From: Limisphaerales bacterium
GTDB lineage: Bacteria > Verrucomicrobiota > Verrucomicrobiia > Limisphaerales > SIBE01
Assembly: GCA_044225505.1 (NCBI GenBank)
Contig: JBGAIN010000092.1
Span: 1-32,325, forward strand
Length of the DNA stretch: 32,325 nt
Reading direction: 5' to 3'
Shown here: positions 1 through 8,424 of the stretch, one piece after another
How positions within the stretch are numbered: the stretch's first letter is position 1
Layout: each line of letters begins with the position of its first letter
The notes under the pieces: model-generated
What the model saw: only the letters and a program-made list of their open reading frames with translations
Told to the model about the DNA's origin: nothing
Databases searched by the model: none
Translations under genes and position numbers: made by a program

Positions 1-815
1 CCACCACCGCCGCCGCCGCCACGGAAACCTCCGCCATGACCGACACCGACCCCAACTCCTACACCTCCCCGGAATCCGCCGCCGTTCCAACCGCCGGGAC
101 GCGAGCCAATGGCGTGCGTATAACCGCCGCCGCCGCGCCATGATCCATTATATCCGGGATGGCCTGGCCGCCCCCACGCATAGCCATGCGAATAGGGGTA
201 TCGGTAATAAGGCCCGCGGTTCCATCCGTAGTAGCGATAACCTCCCCAGCCATAGCCTCGATACCAAGGCCAGTAACTGTAGGAATACGAATATGGCACT
301 GACCACCAATAGGAATAGCTCGGGTAGATCGATGGATAAAGATAGGAGTAAGTATACGCCGGATAGGTTGCCGGATATGGGTAAACGACCGCAGGCGGAG
401 TTTCGTCCACTACTTGCGCTGGAGCCGGATTGGCTGTGACCAGATTCGGCGCTGGAGCCGGGGCAGGGGTGGACTGAGCGCGTAACTCGCCACTGCGCTG
501 GATCAAGGCCGTCAGGACCTCCGTATTTGCGCCGACGTCATGCAGATGCAAAATCTGATCGGCCGTTACGTAATACCGCCCCGTCCAATTCTGAATATAG
601 GCCTTCACCACGGCGGCGTCAGCGCCTCCATGAAGCATCTTTTCCACATCGCCAACCAACCCAGCGTTGACGTTCGGGGCTGGGGCTTGGCTCTGAACTG
701 TGACCAGGTTGGGCCGAGCTGGGTTCGTCGCGTTGGACGGCTCCGCGCCCAGGGCGGCGAGGGATAGCGTCAAAGCGAAAGGCAGAGATAACAGTACCAC
801 GGAGAAACTCTTCAT
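1..815 (-). CDS. Exported low-complexity protein (signal peptide, small helical domain, Pro/Tyr-rich then Gly/Arg/Tyr-rich tail); runs off window edge
   Basis: Hand-translated, stop-free from ATG 815 to the edge: MKSFSVVLLSLPFALTLSLAALGAEP...VEKMLHGGADAAVVKAYIQ...YPYPATYPAYTYSY...GGFRGGGGGG. Missing from the ORF track because its stop lies outside the window. Confidence 0.8.
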   Translation of the reverse strand, partial: MKSFSVVLLSLPFALTLSLAALGAEPSNATNPARPNLVTVQSQAPAPNVNAGLVGDVEKMLHGGADAAVVKAYIQNWTGRYYVTADQILHLHDVGANTEVLTALIQRSGELRAQSTPAPAPAPNLVTANPAPAQVVDETPPAVVYPYPATYPAYTYSYLYPSIYPSYSYWWSVPYSYSYSYWPWYRGYGWGGYRYYGWNRGPYYRYPYSHGYAWGRPGHPGYNGSWRGGGGYTHAIGSRPGGWNGGGFRGGVGVGVGVGHGGGFRGGGGGG

Positions 816-1048
816 AACGGTCCGAAGTTGACTACGCATAAGAAGCTTACAACCCCCGGGCCGATCTGTCGAGCCAGGGTGCTCTCCCCAAAGTCCGTAG
901 GCTCTCGTGGGGAGGGGCTTAGCCCGTTCGCTCGGCGCATTCCCGTGGGCGGCACCTCACTCGCCTTGCCCGATGGGCCGCGACCGACGCCGCATCCGCC
1001 CTTCGTTCTCGCTGTCCAGCGGACAGGTTTTCAGCCAATCTCGGCCGG

Positions 1049-2404
1049 ATGAGTCTCGCCACATTCGATCGAACCAAGTTTTGGCATTCCGTTCACAGAG
1101 TGTGCCGGGCCACCGCCTGGATGTTGGCTGTCTCGGCCAGCTTTTTCACTGACGCAGCCGAACCCGAGTCGCCGACCGCCTCGGACGGCGCGCCTTTGAA
1201 ATACAGTATCGTCGTCACGGGTGGGGAATTGTTGGAGGGGGTTTATCCGGACGCCCATACCGGCTTTCTGACGCGAGCTTTGCGCCTTCTCGGATGCCAA
1301 TGCGTCAGCTCAATGATCGTTGATGACAACCGAGAGGAGATTCAGCGCGCCCTGCGCTACGCCGCAGATCGATCCCCATTGGTGATCGTCACGGGTGGAC
1401 TAGGTCCAACGCCCAACGACATCACTCGTGAGACGCTTTCGGAGTTCACGGGCATCCCTTTGGCGGAGCACCCCGAGGCGCTCGCGGAGATGGCGAGGCG
1501 CATGAAGCAAAGCGCGGATCAGCTCCGTGCAAATCTGCGCCGGCAATGCCTGGTCCCCGGCAAGAGCTACCTCCCGAACACGAATGGGACCGCCGTCGGA
1601 CTTATCTTCGACGCCAAGCCCGCCTTAATCATCGCGCTCCCAGGACCGCCACGCGAGCTGCAACCCATGGTTCAGCAGGCGCTCGTCCCCTATTTGGAAC
1701 AGCGCTTTGGCGTCCGGCATTTCGGGTCGGCCTGGACTCTGCGCTTTGTTGGCGCTGGACAGTCGCTGATCGACCAAACCATCAAAGACCACGTCAAAGT
1801 GGCTCCAGACGTCATTATCACGTCCCTGTTTGAGGGCGGCCGGGTGGATTTTACGTTTTCCCTGCCCGGCAATGCGGTTGCGGACCGGCAACGCCTTCAA
1901 TCTCTGGCGGACTCGATTCGCGAGCATCTATCCGAGTTCATATATGCCGATGACGGTTCTTCGCTCGAGGAAACCCTTGTCCAGCGGCTGCAAAAGCGTC
2001 GTGAGAGCCTCTCGCTGGTGGAGTTAGGGACGGGAGGAGCGGTTCATGCTGCTTTGCAGGCGGCCCCCGGCGGCCCGGACGTCCTCAGCGGCGCTTACGT
2101 CGCGTCTACGACGGGTGGACTCGGAAAACTCATGCAACTCTCTAACAACTCGTTGACGGGCAACGAAGAAGAGGAGCTCCAGGCTCTTGGAAACGCCGCT
2201 GCCGCACGGACCCTAGGCTCATGGGTATTAGTGACCGGGCCTCTTCAAACCGAACCGGGCGGTGCGTTCGTCCTACCCGTCGCATGCCGTTCGCCAGGCG
2301 GAAGCTGGACAATCCAAAAGCTGCCGTGGCGTTCTCCAGGGGAGATTGCCCGAACTTCGCTCGTGACGCCGGTCCTGGATCTATTCCGGAAGCGGCTCCA
2401 GTAA
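1049..2404 (+). CDS. cinA: CinA-like protein (MoCF-type domain plus degenerate PncC-like C-terminal domain)
   Basis: Motifs IVVTGGELL, VTGGLGPTPNDITRE, NTNGTAVG, LPGPPRELQPM; C-terminal SLVELGTGG resembles AESCTGG. Confidence 0.8.
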   Translation: MSLATFDRTKFWHSVHRVCRATAWMLAVSASFFTDAAEPESPTASDGAPLKYSIVVTGGELLEGVYPDAHTGFLTRALRLLGCQCVSSMIVDDNREEIQRALRYAADRSPLVIVTGGLGPTPNDITRETLSEFTGIPLAEHPEALAEMARRMKQSADQLRANLRRQCLVPGKSYLPNTNGTAVGLIFDAKPALIIALPGPPRELQPMVQQALVPYLEQRFGVRHFGSAWTLRFVGAGQSLIDQTIKDHVKVAPDVIITSLFEGGRVDFTFSLPGNAVADRQRLQSLADSIREHLSEFIYADDGSSLEETLVQRLQKRRESLSLVELGTGGAVHAALQAAPGGPDVLSGAYVASTTGGLGKLMQLSNNSLTGNEEEELQALGNAAAARTLGSWVLVTGPLQTEPGGAFVLPVACRSPGGSWTIQKLPWRSPGEIARTSLVTPVLDLFRKRLQ

Positions 2405-2552
2405 GTTCAGAGCTTTGGTCTCGAAGCGCTTATATCGTCCTTCGCAGCACGGCAGGAGCGCTTTAGAGGGCTGAGAAACGTTCTGCGGCGGCCTCGTGAA
2501 GGACAAATCCTTTCGAATCAAACATTTGGTTTTAGGCTCCTGATTCGGTTTA

Positions 2553-2652
2553 AACAGGGAAATAACACGGAAACAACACGGAGATAACAGGGAAATAACA
2601 CGGGTAGACTCCGTGTTAATGACGAGTTCATACCCTGTGTTTTCCCTGTTAT
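2553..2652. repeat. Five tandem 11-bp repeats (AACA[C/G]GGAAAT consensus) followed by inverted copies
   Basis: aacagggaaat/aacacggaaac/aacacggagat/aacagggaaat/aacacgggtag at 2553-2607; inverted ccgtgtt near 2611 and ccctgtgttttccctgttat at 2633-2652. Confidence 0.85.
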
Positions 2653-2806
2653 ATAGCGATGACGCCGCCGAGAGCTCCGGGCTGTTTAAAAGTGCTTTCC
2701 CCGCGGCCATGAGGCGACCCCTGTCGAAAGCCGGTCGCAAAGCGTGTCTGAACGGCTCAAGAGAGACAACTTGACACAGTCCCAGGCCCTGGCTGACCAT
2801 GAGGTA

Positions 2807-3805
2807 ATGCTCCGCTCGTTCGCGTTTACCACCCAAGGCCGGCTGCATAGCAAGAACATCGAGTTGTTCCTCATGCCCACCTTGCTCGCGGATACCAATC
2901 TCTTCCTTTGGGTCGACCTGGAGAAACCGAATCGCGAAGAGACCAAGTTCGTGCTGGAAGACGTCTTTCATTTCCACCAGCTCTCGATTGAGGATTGTGT
3001 CATGGTGAGCGCGTCTCCGAAAGTCGAGGAGTATGTTCCCAAAGAGGAGGACCGGTTCGCACCGTACCTGTTTATGGTTATTCACGCGGTGGATTACAGC
3101 CGGAAAGACGGCGTGTTTGCGACGAGCGAACTGAACTTCTTTTTAGGCAAGAATTTTCTGGTGACGTATCATGAAACTCCGTTGCGCAGCGTGCATGCGA
3201 CGGAAGAGCAATGCATGAAGGGAACGGTGCATATCGCGCGGGCGCCCGATCGCGTGGCGCATACGCTCCTGGACTCGATCGTGGAGAATTACAAGCCGGC
3301 TTTGGAAGAGCTATCGTTGGAAATTGCGGAATTGGAGACGCGAGCGTTGGAGCACTCGGACCGGAGCACGCTCAATCGGATTCTGCAAATTAAAAAGGAA
3401 GTGTTGCATTTGCGACAAATTATCGGGCCGCAGCGCGAGGTGCTCGCTCGGTTTGCCCGCGGGGAGTTCAAGTTAATCCGGGCTCACCTGGTCCCGTACT
3501 ACCGGGATGTGTACGATCGGCTGTTCCAGATATCGGATCTGGCGCAAGGATACATGGACTCTTTGACCGGGCTGTTGCAGGTCTACTTGAACATGTCGTC
3601 CAATCAGACCGGGGAAGTGGTGAAGTTGCTGACCATGATCACGGTCATCACGACCCCGCTGATGATGGTGGGCACGTGGTACGGGATGAACTTTAAACAT
3701 ATGCCGGAATTGGAATGGGAACATGGCTATTGGTTGGCTGGGCTGATCACGCTCTGTTCAACCGTGGCGACCTATTTCTACTTCAAGAAACGAGGCTGGC
3801 TTTAA
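2807..3805 (+). CDS. corA: Magnesium/cobalt transporter CorA
   Basis: WVDLE, FHFHQLSIEDC, PKVEEY, YGMNFKHMPEL signature and two C-terminal TM helices. ATG 2807 chosen after gaggt; the track ORF starts at 2744. Confidence 0.95.
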   Translation: MLRSFAFTTQGRLHSKNIELFLMPTLLADTNLFLWVDLEKPNREETKFVLEDVFHFHQLSIEDCVMVSASPKVEEYVPKEEDRFAPYLFMVIHAVDYSRKDGVFATSELNFFLGKNFLVTYHETPLRSVHATEEQCMKGTVHIARAPDRVAHTLLDSIVENYKPALEELSLEIAELETRALEHSDRSTLNRILQIKKEVLHLRQIIGPQREVLARFARGEFKLIRAHLVPYYRDVYDRLFQISDLAQGYMDSLTGLLQVYLNMSSNQTGEVVKLLTMITVITTPLMMVGTWYGMNFKHMPELEWEHGYWLAGLITLCSTVATYFYFKKRGWL

Positions 3806-3817
3806 TTCCGGAAGGCT

Positions 3818-5071
3818 ATGGCTCCCAAATCCAGTTTTCTCGATCGTGTCCTGGGCCGGATTGAACGCCTGGACACCCACGGCCTGCAAACCGTGGTGCA
3901 ACGCCTCGCCCACGAACGCAATTTCCTCGAAACCCTGTTCAATACGATTGAAGACGGGGTGCTCGTGGTGGATGAACACGGCCGCATTATTTACCTCAAC
4001 CAGGCGGTCAGCTTGCTCTTGGGCCGCCCCTCGGAACAGATCGATGGCGAACCGTTGTCGCGCTATTTCCCGGAGCTCGATTGGGCAAAATTCTCGGCCA
4101 TCGACCAGTCCGGCGGCCAGCGCGTCATCCGTCACGAATTCGAAATCTCTTTCCCGCGCCAGCGCTTCTTGCGCTTGTATGCAGCGCCGCTCGATGGAGA
4201 AACGCCCGGCGGTTCGGGGATGGCCCTCATCCTCCACGACGCAACCGAAGCCAGGGAAAAGACCTTTGAGGCCATCGAAAGCGAACGCATCCAAGCGCTG
4301 ACCCTGCTCGCTGCGAGTGTCGCCCACGAAATTGGAAATCCGTTGAACGCTCTTCATATTCACCTGCAACTCATGGAGCGGGAATTGAAGAAGCTAAACA
4401 AGCTCACGGATAGTTTGGGCGGGCGAAAATCGCGTGGGTTGCGGCGCGAACCGGTGGCCAATCTGGCGCCGGCCGAAGTGATGGAAATCGGCGGCAAACT
4501 GAAAAACTATCTGGACGTGGCGCGAGGGGAAATCACTCGCCTGGATTATATCGTCACGCAGTTCCTGCAGGCGATTCGGCCGACGCCGCCGCAAATGCGG
4601 CAAGGTTCCCTAAATGAGGTCGTCATTGAGACCATAGAACTGCTCCGGCCGGAATTGGAAAGCCGCGGGCAAAACATTGACACCGAGTTGGCCGAAGGCT
4701 TGCCGCAAGCGCCCTTGGACCCCGCGCAAATGAAGCAGGTCCTGGTCAATCTGATTCGAAACGCCATGCAGGCCATGACGCGGGGCGGACAGTTGACGAT
4801 CATCACCGGCACGACGAGCGACGAGGTATGGGTGAGCATTGCGGACACGGGCGGGGGCATTCCGCACGAACAGATCAACCGGATCTTTGAGCCCTTTTAC
4901 ACCACGAAAAAGAAAGGCTCCGGTCTGGGACTGATGATTGTGCAACGAATCGTTCGCGCGCATGGGGGCCACATCGAACTGGAAAGCCGGGTCGGCCAAG
5001 GCACGACCTTCAAGGTCTGGCTGCCGATGCGCGAGCGTCAAACCCGTTTGCTGGAGGCACGATTGGGATGA
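3818..5071 (+). CDS. Cytoplasmic PAS-domain sensor histidine kinase
   Basis: PAS start DGVLVVD, H-box AHEIGNPL, N-box NLIRNA, G1 DTGGGI, F-box FEPFYTTK, G2 GSGLGL; no TM segment. Confidence 0.93.
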   Translation: MAPKSSFLDRVLGRIERLDTHGLQTVVQRLAHERNFLETLFNTIEDGVLVVDEHGRIIYLNQAVSLLLGRPSEQIDGEPLSRYFPELDWAKFSAIDQSGGQRVIRHEFEISFPRQRFLRLYAAPLDGETPGGSGMALILHDATEAREKTFEAIESERIQALTLLAASVAHEIGNPLNALHIHLQLMERELKKLNKLTDSLGGRKSRGLRREPVANLAPAEVMEIGGKLKNYLDVARGEITRLDYIVTQFLQAIRPTPPQMRQGSLNEVVIETIELLRPELESRGQNIDTELAEGLPQAPLDPAQMKQVLVNLIRNAMQAMTRGGQLTIITGTTSDEVWVSIADTGGGIPHEQINRIFEPFYTTKKKGSGLGLMIVQRIVRAHGGHIELESRVGQGTTFKVWLPMRERQTRLLEARLG

Positions 5072-6441
5072 TAAAACCAACCTTGTTGATCGTGGACGAC
5101 GAAAAGGCGACCCGGGAAGGGCTGCGGGCCGCCCTGGAGGAACGCTACGACGTCTACGTTGCGGACGCGGCCGCGGCGGCCATCGAGTTGCTCGAGAAAG
5201 AACGGTTCGATGTGCTGCTGACCGATCTCCGCTTGCCTCACGAAGATGGGATGAAGTTGATTGCGCGCGCGAAGTCACTCTCCAAGCCCCCGGTCTGCAT
5301 TCTGATGACGGCGTATGGATCGGAAGAGGTCGCGGTCGATGCGATGAAACGCGGCGCCGACGATTACATCTCCAAAGGCCGCTTGCAGATTGATGAACTG
5401 GAAATGCGCATCGCCCGGGCGCTTCGGCACCAATCCCTGGAAACAGAGAATGTCTCCCTCAAACAACAACTCGACCACAAGTTCGGCCTGGAAAACGTCG
5501 TAGGCCAGTCCGAAGCGATGCAGCGAGTCTTTCAGGTCGTGCGCCAGGTCGCTCCGACGCGCGTGACGGTCCTCGTGACCGGAGAAAGCGGCACGGGCAA
5601 AGAATTGATCGTGCGAGCGATTCACCAGCTCAGTCCGCGGGCCCGAGAACCGTTCGTCTCCGTGCACTTGGCCGGCTTGCCCCCGACGCTGGTCGAGAGC
5701 GAATTGTTCGGCCATGAGAAAGGCGCGTTTACTGGCGCCCATGAACGGCGGATCGGCCGCGTCGAACAAGCCCAGGGAGGCACATTGTTCCTGGACGAGA
5801 TCGGCGAGATTGACGCCACGTTGCAGGTCAAGTTGCTTCGCTTGCTGGGCGAGCGCGAGTATGAACGGGTCGGTTCGAACAAAAAACATACGGCGGACGT
5901 TCGTCTGCTCGCTGCGACCAACAAGAACCTGGCCGATTTGGTGAAGTCGGGCGTCTTCCGGGAAGACCTCTATTATCGGTTGCGCGTGCTCGAAATCTGG
6001 CTACCGCCGCTGCGCGAACGGGGATCCGATGTTCCGCTGCTCGCCCAGGCGTTCCTGAAAGAATTTGCCAAGGAACACGGGAAAACAGTGAACGATTTCC
6101 AACCGGAAGCGCTCCAAGCTCTGATGAACTATCACTGGCCAGGCAACGTTCGGGAGCTGCGCAGCGAGGTGGAGCGCGCGGTTGTCCTCTGCCAGAAAGA
6201 TAGGATTGAATTAAGCGATTTATCGCCCACACTGCGGAGCGGCGGCAGTCTGACGGTCGAGAACGAGTTTCGGCCGGTGCTGGCTCAAGAAGGCTTAACG
6301 ATGCAGGAAGCGGAGAAGCAAATCATCCTTCGCGCACTGAAGGAAGCCAATGGCAACCGCACGTTAGCCGCCAAGAAAATCGGAATGAGCCGGCGCACGC
6401 TGCACCGGAAATTACACGCGTACCATTTAGAAGATTACTGA
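5068..6441 (+). CDS. Sigma54-dependent NtrC/AtoC-family response regulator (REC-AAA+-Fis HTH)
   Basis: LIVDDE, TDLRLP, GESGTGKE, GAFTGA, LFLDEIGE, WPGNVREL and a C-terminal HTH; ATGA overlap with the kinase. Confidence 0.95.
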   Translation: MIKPTLLIVDDEKATREGLRAALEERYDVYVADAAAAAIELLEKERFDVLLTDLRLPHEDGMKLIARAKSLSKPPVCILMTAYGSEEVAVDAMKRGADDYISKGRLQIDELEMRIARALRHQSLETENVSLKQQLDHKFGLENVVGQSEAMQRVFQVVRQVAPTRVTVLVTGESGTGKELIVRAIHQLSPRAREPFVSVHLAGLPPTLVESELFGHEKGAFTGAHERRIGRVEQAQGGTLFLDEIGEIDATLQVKLLRLLGEREYERVGSNKKHTADVRLLAATNKNLADLVKSGVFREDLYYRLRVLEIWLPPLRERGSDVPLLAQAFLKEFAKEHGKTVNDFQPEALQALMNYHWPGNVRELRSEVERAVVLCQKDRIELSDLSPTLRSGGSLTVENEFRPVLAQEGLTMQEAEKQIILRALKEANGNRTLAAKKIGMSRRTLHRKLHAYHLEDY

Positions 6442-6444
6442 GCT

Positions 6445-8298
6445 ATGCCGATGCCCGCCCTGCAGGATGTCATTCACAAAATTGAAGTCGGGGAATGGAC
6501 CCGGCATGTCAAGATCGGCGTGGCGCTGCTCGGTTTCGTCGTGTTTGCGGTTGTCTATGACATCCGGCAATTCAAAAACTTCTCCACTCAAGAAGCGATG
6601 GATAGTGCCCAGGTTGCTCGCAACGTGGCGCGCGGAAAGGGTTTTGCGACGGACTTTGTCCGTCCCCTCAGCCTGTATCTCCTGCAAAAACAACAGTTTG
6701 ATAATAAGCCTGGGAGCGGGGCTGTTTTTCTCAAGGGCAATCACCCAGACCTGGCCAATCCTCCGGTCTACCCGGCGCTCTTGGCCAGCTGGATGAAGAT
6801 TCTCCCATTTCACTTCGAAATCGCCAAGGGCGCGGTCTTTTTCCGGTATCAGCCCGAAACCTTGATCGCGTGTCTGAACCAGCTCTTCTTCTTCGCAAGC
6901 ATCTTGCTGCTCTTCCGCTTGGCTCTGAAACTCTTTGATCCTGCAGTCGCTTGGATGGCAGCCACGTTGTTTGCGGGAACGGAAATATTCTGGCGATTCA
7001 CCACGTCAGGGCTGTCGACGAGTTTGCTGGTGCTCCTGTTCCTGCTCCTGGTGTGGTGCCTGACCTCCCTGGAGGAAAGCACCCGCGAAGTAGCCGGAGA
7101 AAAGCCCAAACGGCCGCTGGTGTTAGCGGTGGCGATTGGCGCAATTCTTGGAATCGGCGCGCTCACCCGCTACTCGTTTGGCTGGCTCCTTGTCCCGGTC
7201 GTGACGTTCTTCCTCCTGTTCCTGGGCCAAAAGAGAACCACGCTCTCGCTCGCCACCGTCGGAGTCTGCTTGGCCATCGTGACCCCGTGGCTTGTCCGGA
7301 ATTACAATTTGAGCGGAGTTCCATTTGGAACGGCGACGTATGCGATCTTTGAGGGCACAACGCCGCAGCTGGACGGAAACAAACTCGAACGCTATTTGAA
7401 TCGGGACTTTGAATCGGCCCTCGGGAAAGTGGAAACGGACAAGCTCATGAAGAAGTTCATGCTCAACGCGGCCGAGATCATTCGGCGCGATGTCCTGACG
7501 ATGGGGAACAACTGGGCCGCTGCTTTGTTTTTGGTTGGATTGCTCGTGCCATTTCTAAACCCAGGCCTCAACCGGATCCGTAACTTCCTGCTCCTGGCGC
7601 TGGGAATGCTCGTGATCGTTCAGGCGCTCGGGCGGGGTCATCTCACGACCGATTCCCCGGAGATCAATTCGGAAAACCTCGTTGTAATCCTCGCACCCTT
7701 GGCAATTTTGTTCGGCGTCGCGATGTTCTTCCTCCTTTTGGACCAGCTCAACTTTCCCTTACCCTCGACGCGGACTTTGGTGACGGGGGTCTTTGGCGTG
7801 GTGGCATGCGCACCGCTGATCTTTGCGATGCTGCCGCCGCGAAGCTTGCCCATAGCCTATCCGCCCTACTGGCCCCCGATGGTTCAGGACGTCTCCGGCT
7901 GGATGAAGCAGGATGAACTAATGATGAGTGACATGCCCTGGGCGGTCGCATGGTATGGAGATCGGAAATGCCTTTGGGCGACGCTGGATGCTCCCAGCGA
8001 CCTGCGCGCGGCCAAGCAGAGCGACTTTTTTGAGGTGCACGATTACCAAAAGCCGATTCAGGGAATCTTATTGACGCGGCTGACGACAGACGCCAAATGG
8101 TTTTCTCAAATGATCCAAGGCCAAGATTATGCTTGGGGCAAATTCATGCTGGAATGCTTGTTGCGAACCAATGTCCCGACAGGATTCCCACTGAAATACT
8201 CTCCGCCAGGGTTCCTCCAGGAAGGGTTGTTATTCCTTTCTGACAAAAATCGATGGGAGTCCGGACCCTCCCAAAGGCGGAGGCAGCCACCGCATTAA
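6445..8298 (+). CDS. Polytopic membrane protein, probable GT-C fold (ArnT/PMT-like) glycosyltransferase
   Basis: TM followed by EAMDSAQVARN loop, NPPVYP motif, many TM helices, GALTRY, PWLVRNY, soluble C-terminal domain MSDMPWAVAWY. Confidence 0.65.
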   Translation: MPMPALQDVIHKIEVGEWTRHVKIGVALLGFVVFAVVYDIRQFKNFSTQEAMDSAQVARNVARGKGFATDFVRPLSLYLLQKQQFDNKPGSGAVFLKGNHPDLANPPVYPALLASWMKILPFHFEIAKGAVFFRYQPETLIACLNQLFFFASILLLFRLALKLFDPAVAWMAATLFAGTEIFWRFTTSGLSTSLLVLLFLLLVWCLTSLEESTREVAGEKPKRPLVLAVAIGAILGIGALTRYSFGWLLVPVVTFFLLFLGQKRTTLSLATVGVCLAIVTPWLVRNYNLSGVPFGTATYAIFEGTTPQLDGNKLERYLNRDFESALGKVETDKLMKKFMLNAAEIIRRDVLTMGNNWAAALFLVGLLVPFLNPGLNRIRNFLLLALGMLVIVQALGRGHLTTDSPEINSENLVVILAPLAILFGVAMFFLLLDQLNFPLPSTRTLVTGVFGVVACAPLIFAMLPPRSLPIAYPPYWPPMVQDVSGWMKQDELMMSDMPWAVAWYGDRKCLWATLDAPSDLRAAKQSDFFEVHDYQKPIQGILLTRLTTDAKWFSQMIQGQDYAWGKFMLECLLRTNVPTGFPLKYSPPGFLQEGLLFLSDKNRWESGPSQRRRQPPH

Positions 8299-8334
8299 AC
8301 AGAACAGGAAGATAACTTTAACCAAGATTTTCAA

Positions 8335-8363
8335 TTGACAACCCGAGTGCGCATCCGTAAAAA
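8335..8363 (+). promoter_or_regulatory. Putative sigma70 promoter for the barrel gene
   Basis: TTGACA-N17-TAAAAA preceded by an AT-rich tract. Confidence 0.5.
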
Positions 8364-8424
8364 GGTAACACTTTTCGACAGATTGGTTCTTGGGCGAAAC
8401 GTTTATACAGGAACAAAACACGAT

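Noticed and set aside
2579..2596. Resemblance to the I-SceI site (cggagataacagggaaat vs TAGGGATAACAGGGTAAT)
   Set aside because: Partial match arising from the repeat unit; no sign of vector or engineered sequence.
2553..2607. CRISPR array
   Set aside because: Units are 11 bp, contiguous and without spacers; no cas genes nearby.
2381..3085. 234-aa minus-strand ORF and other long antisense ORFs in the track
   Set aside because: They overlap well-supported genes on the opposite strand and lack motifs, as is typical of GC-rich shadow ORFs.
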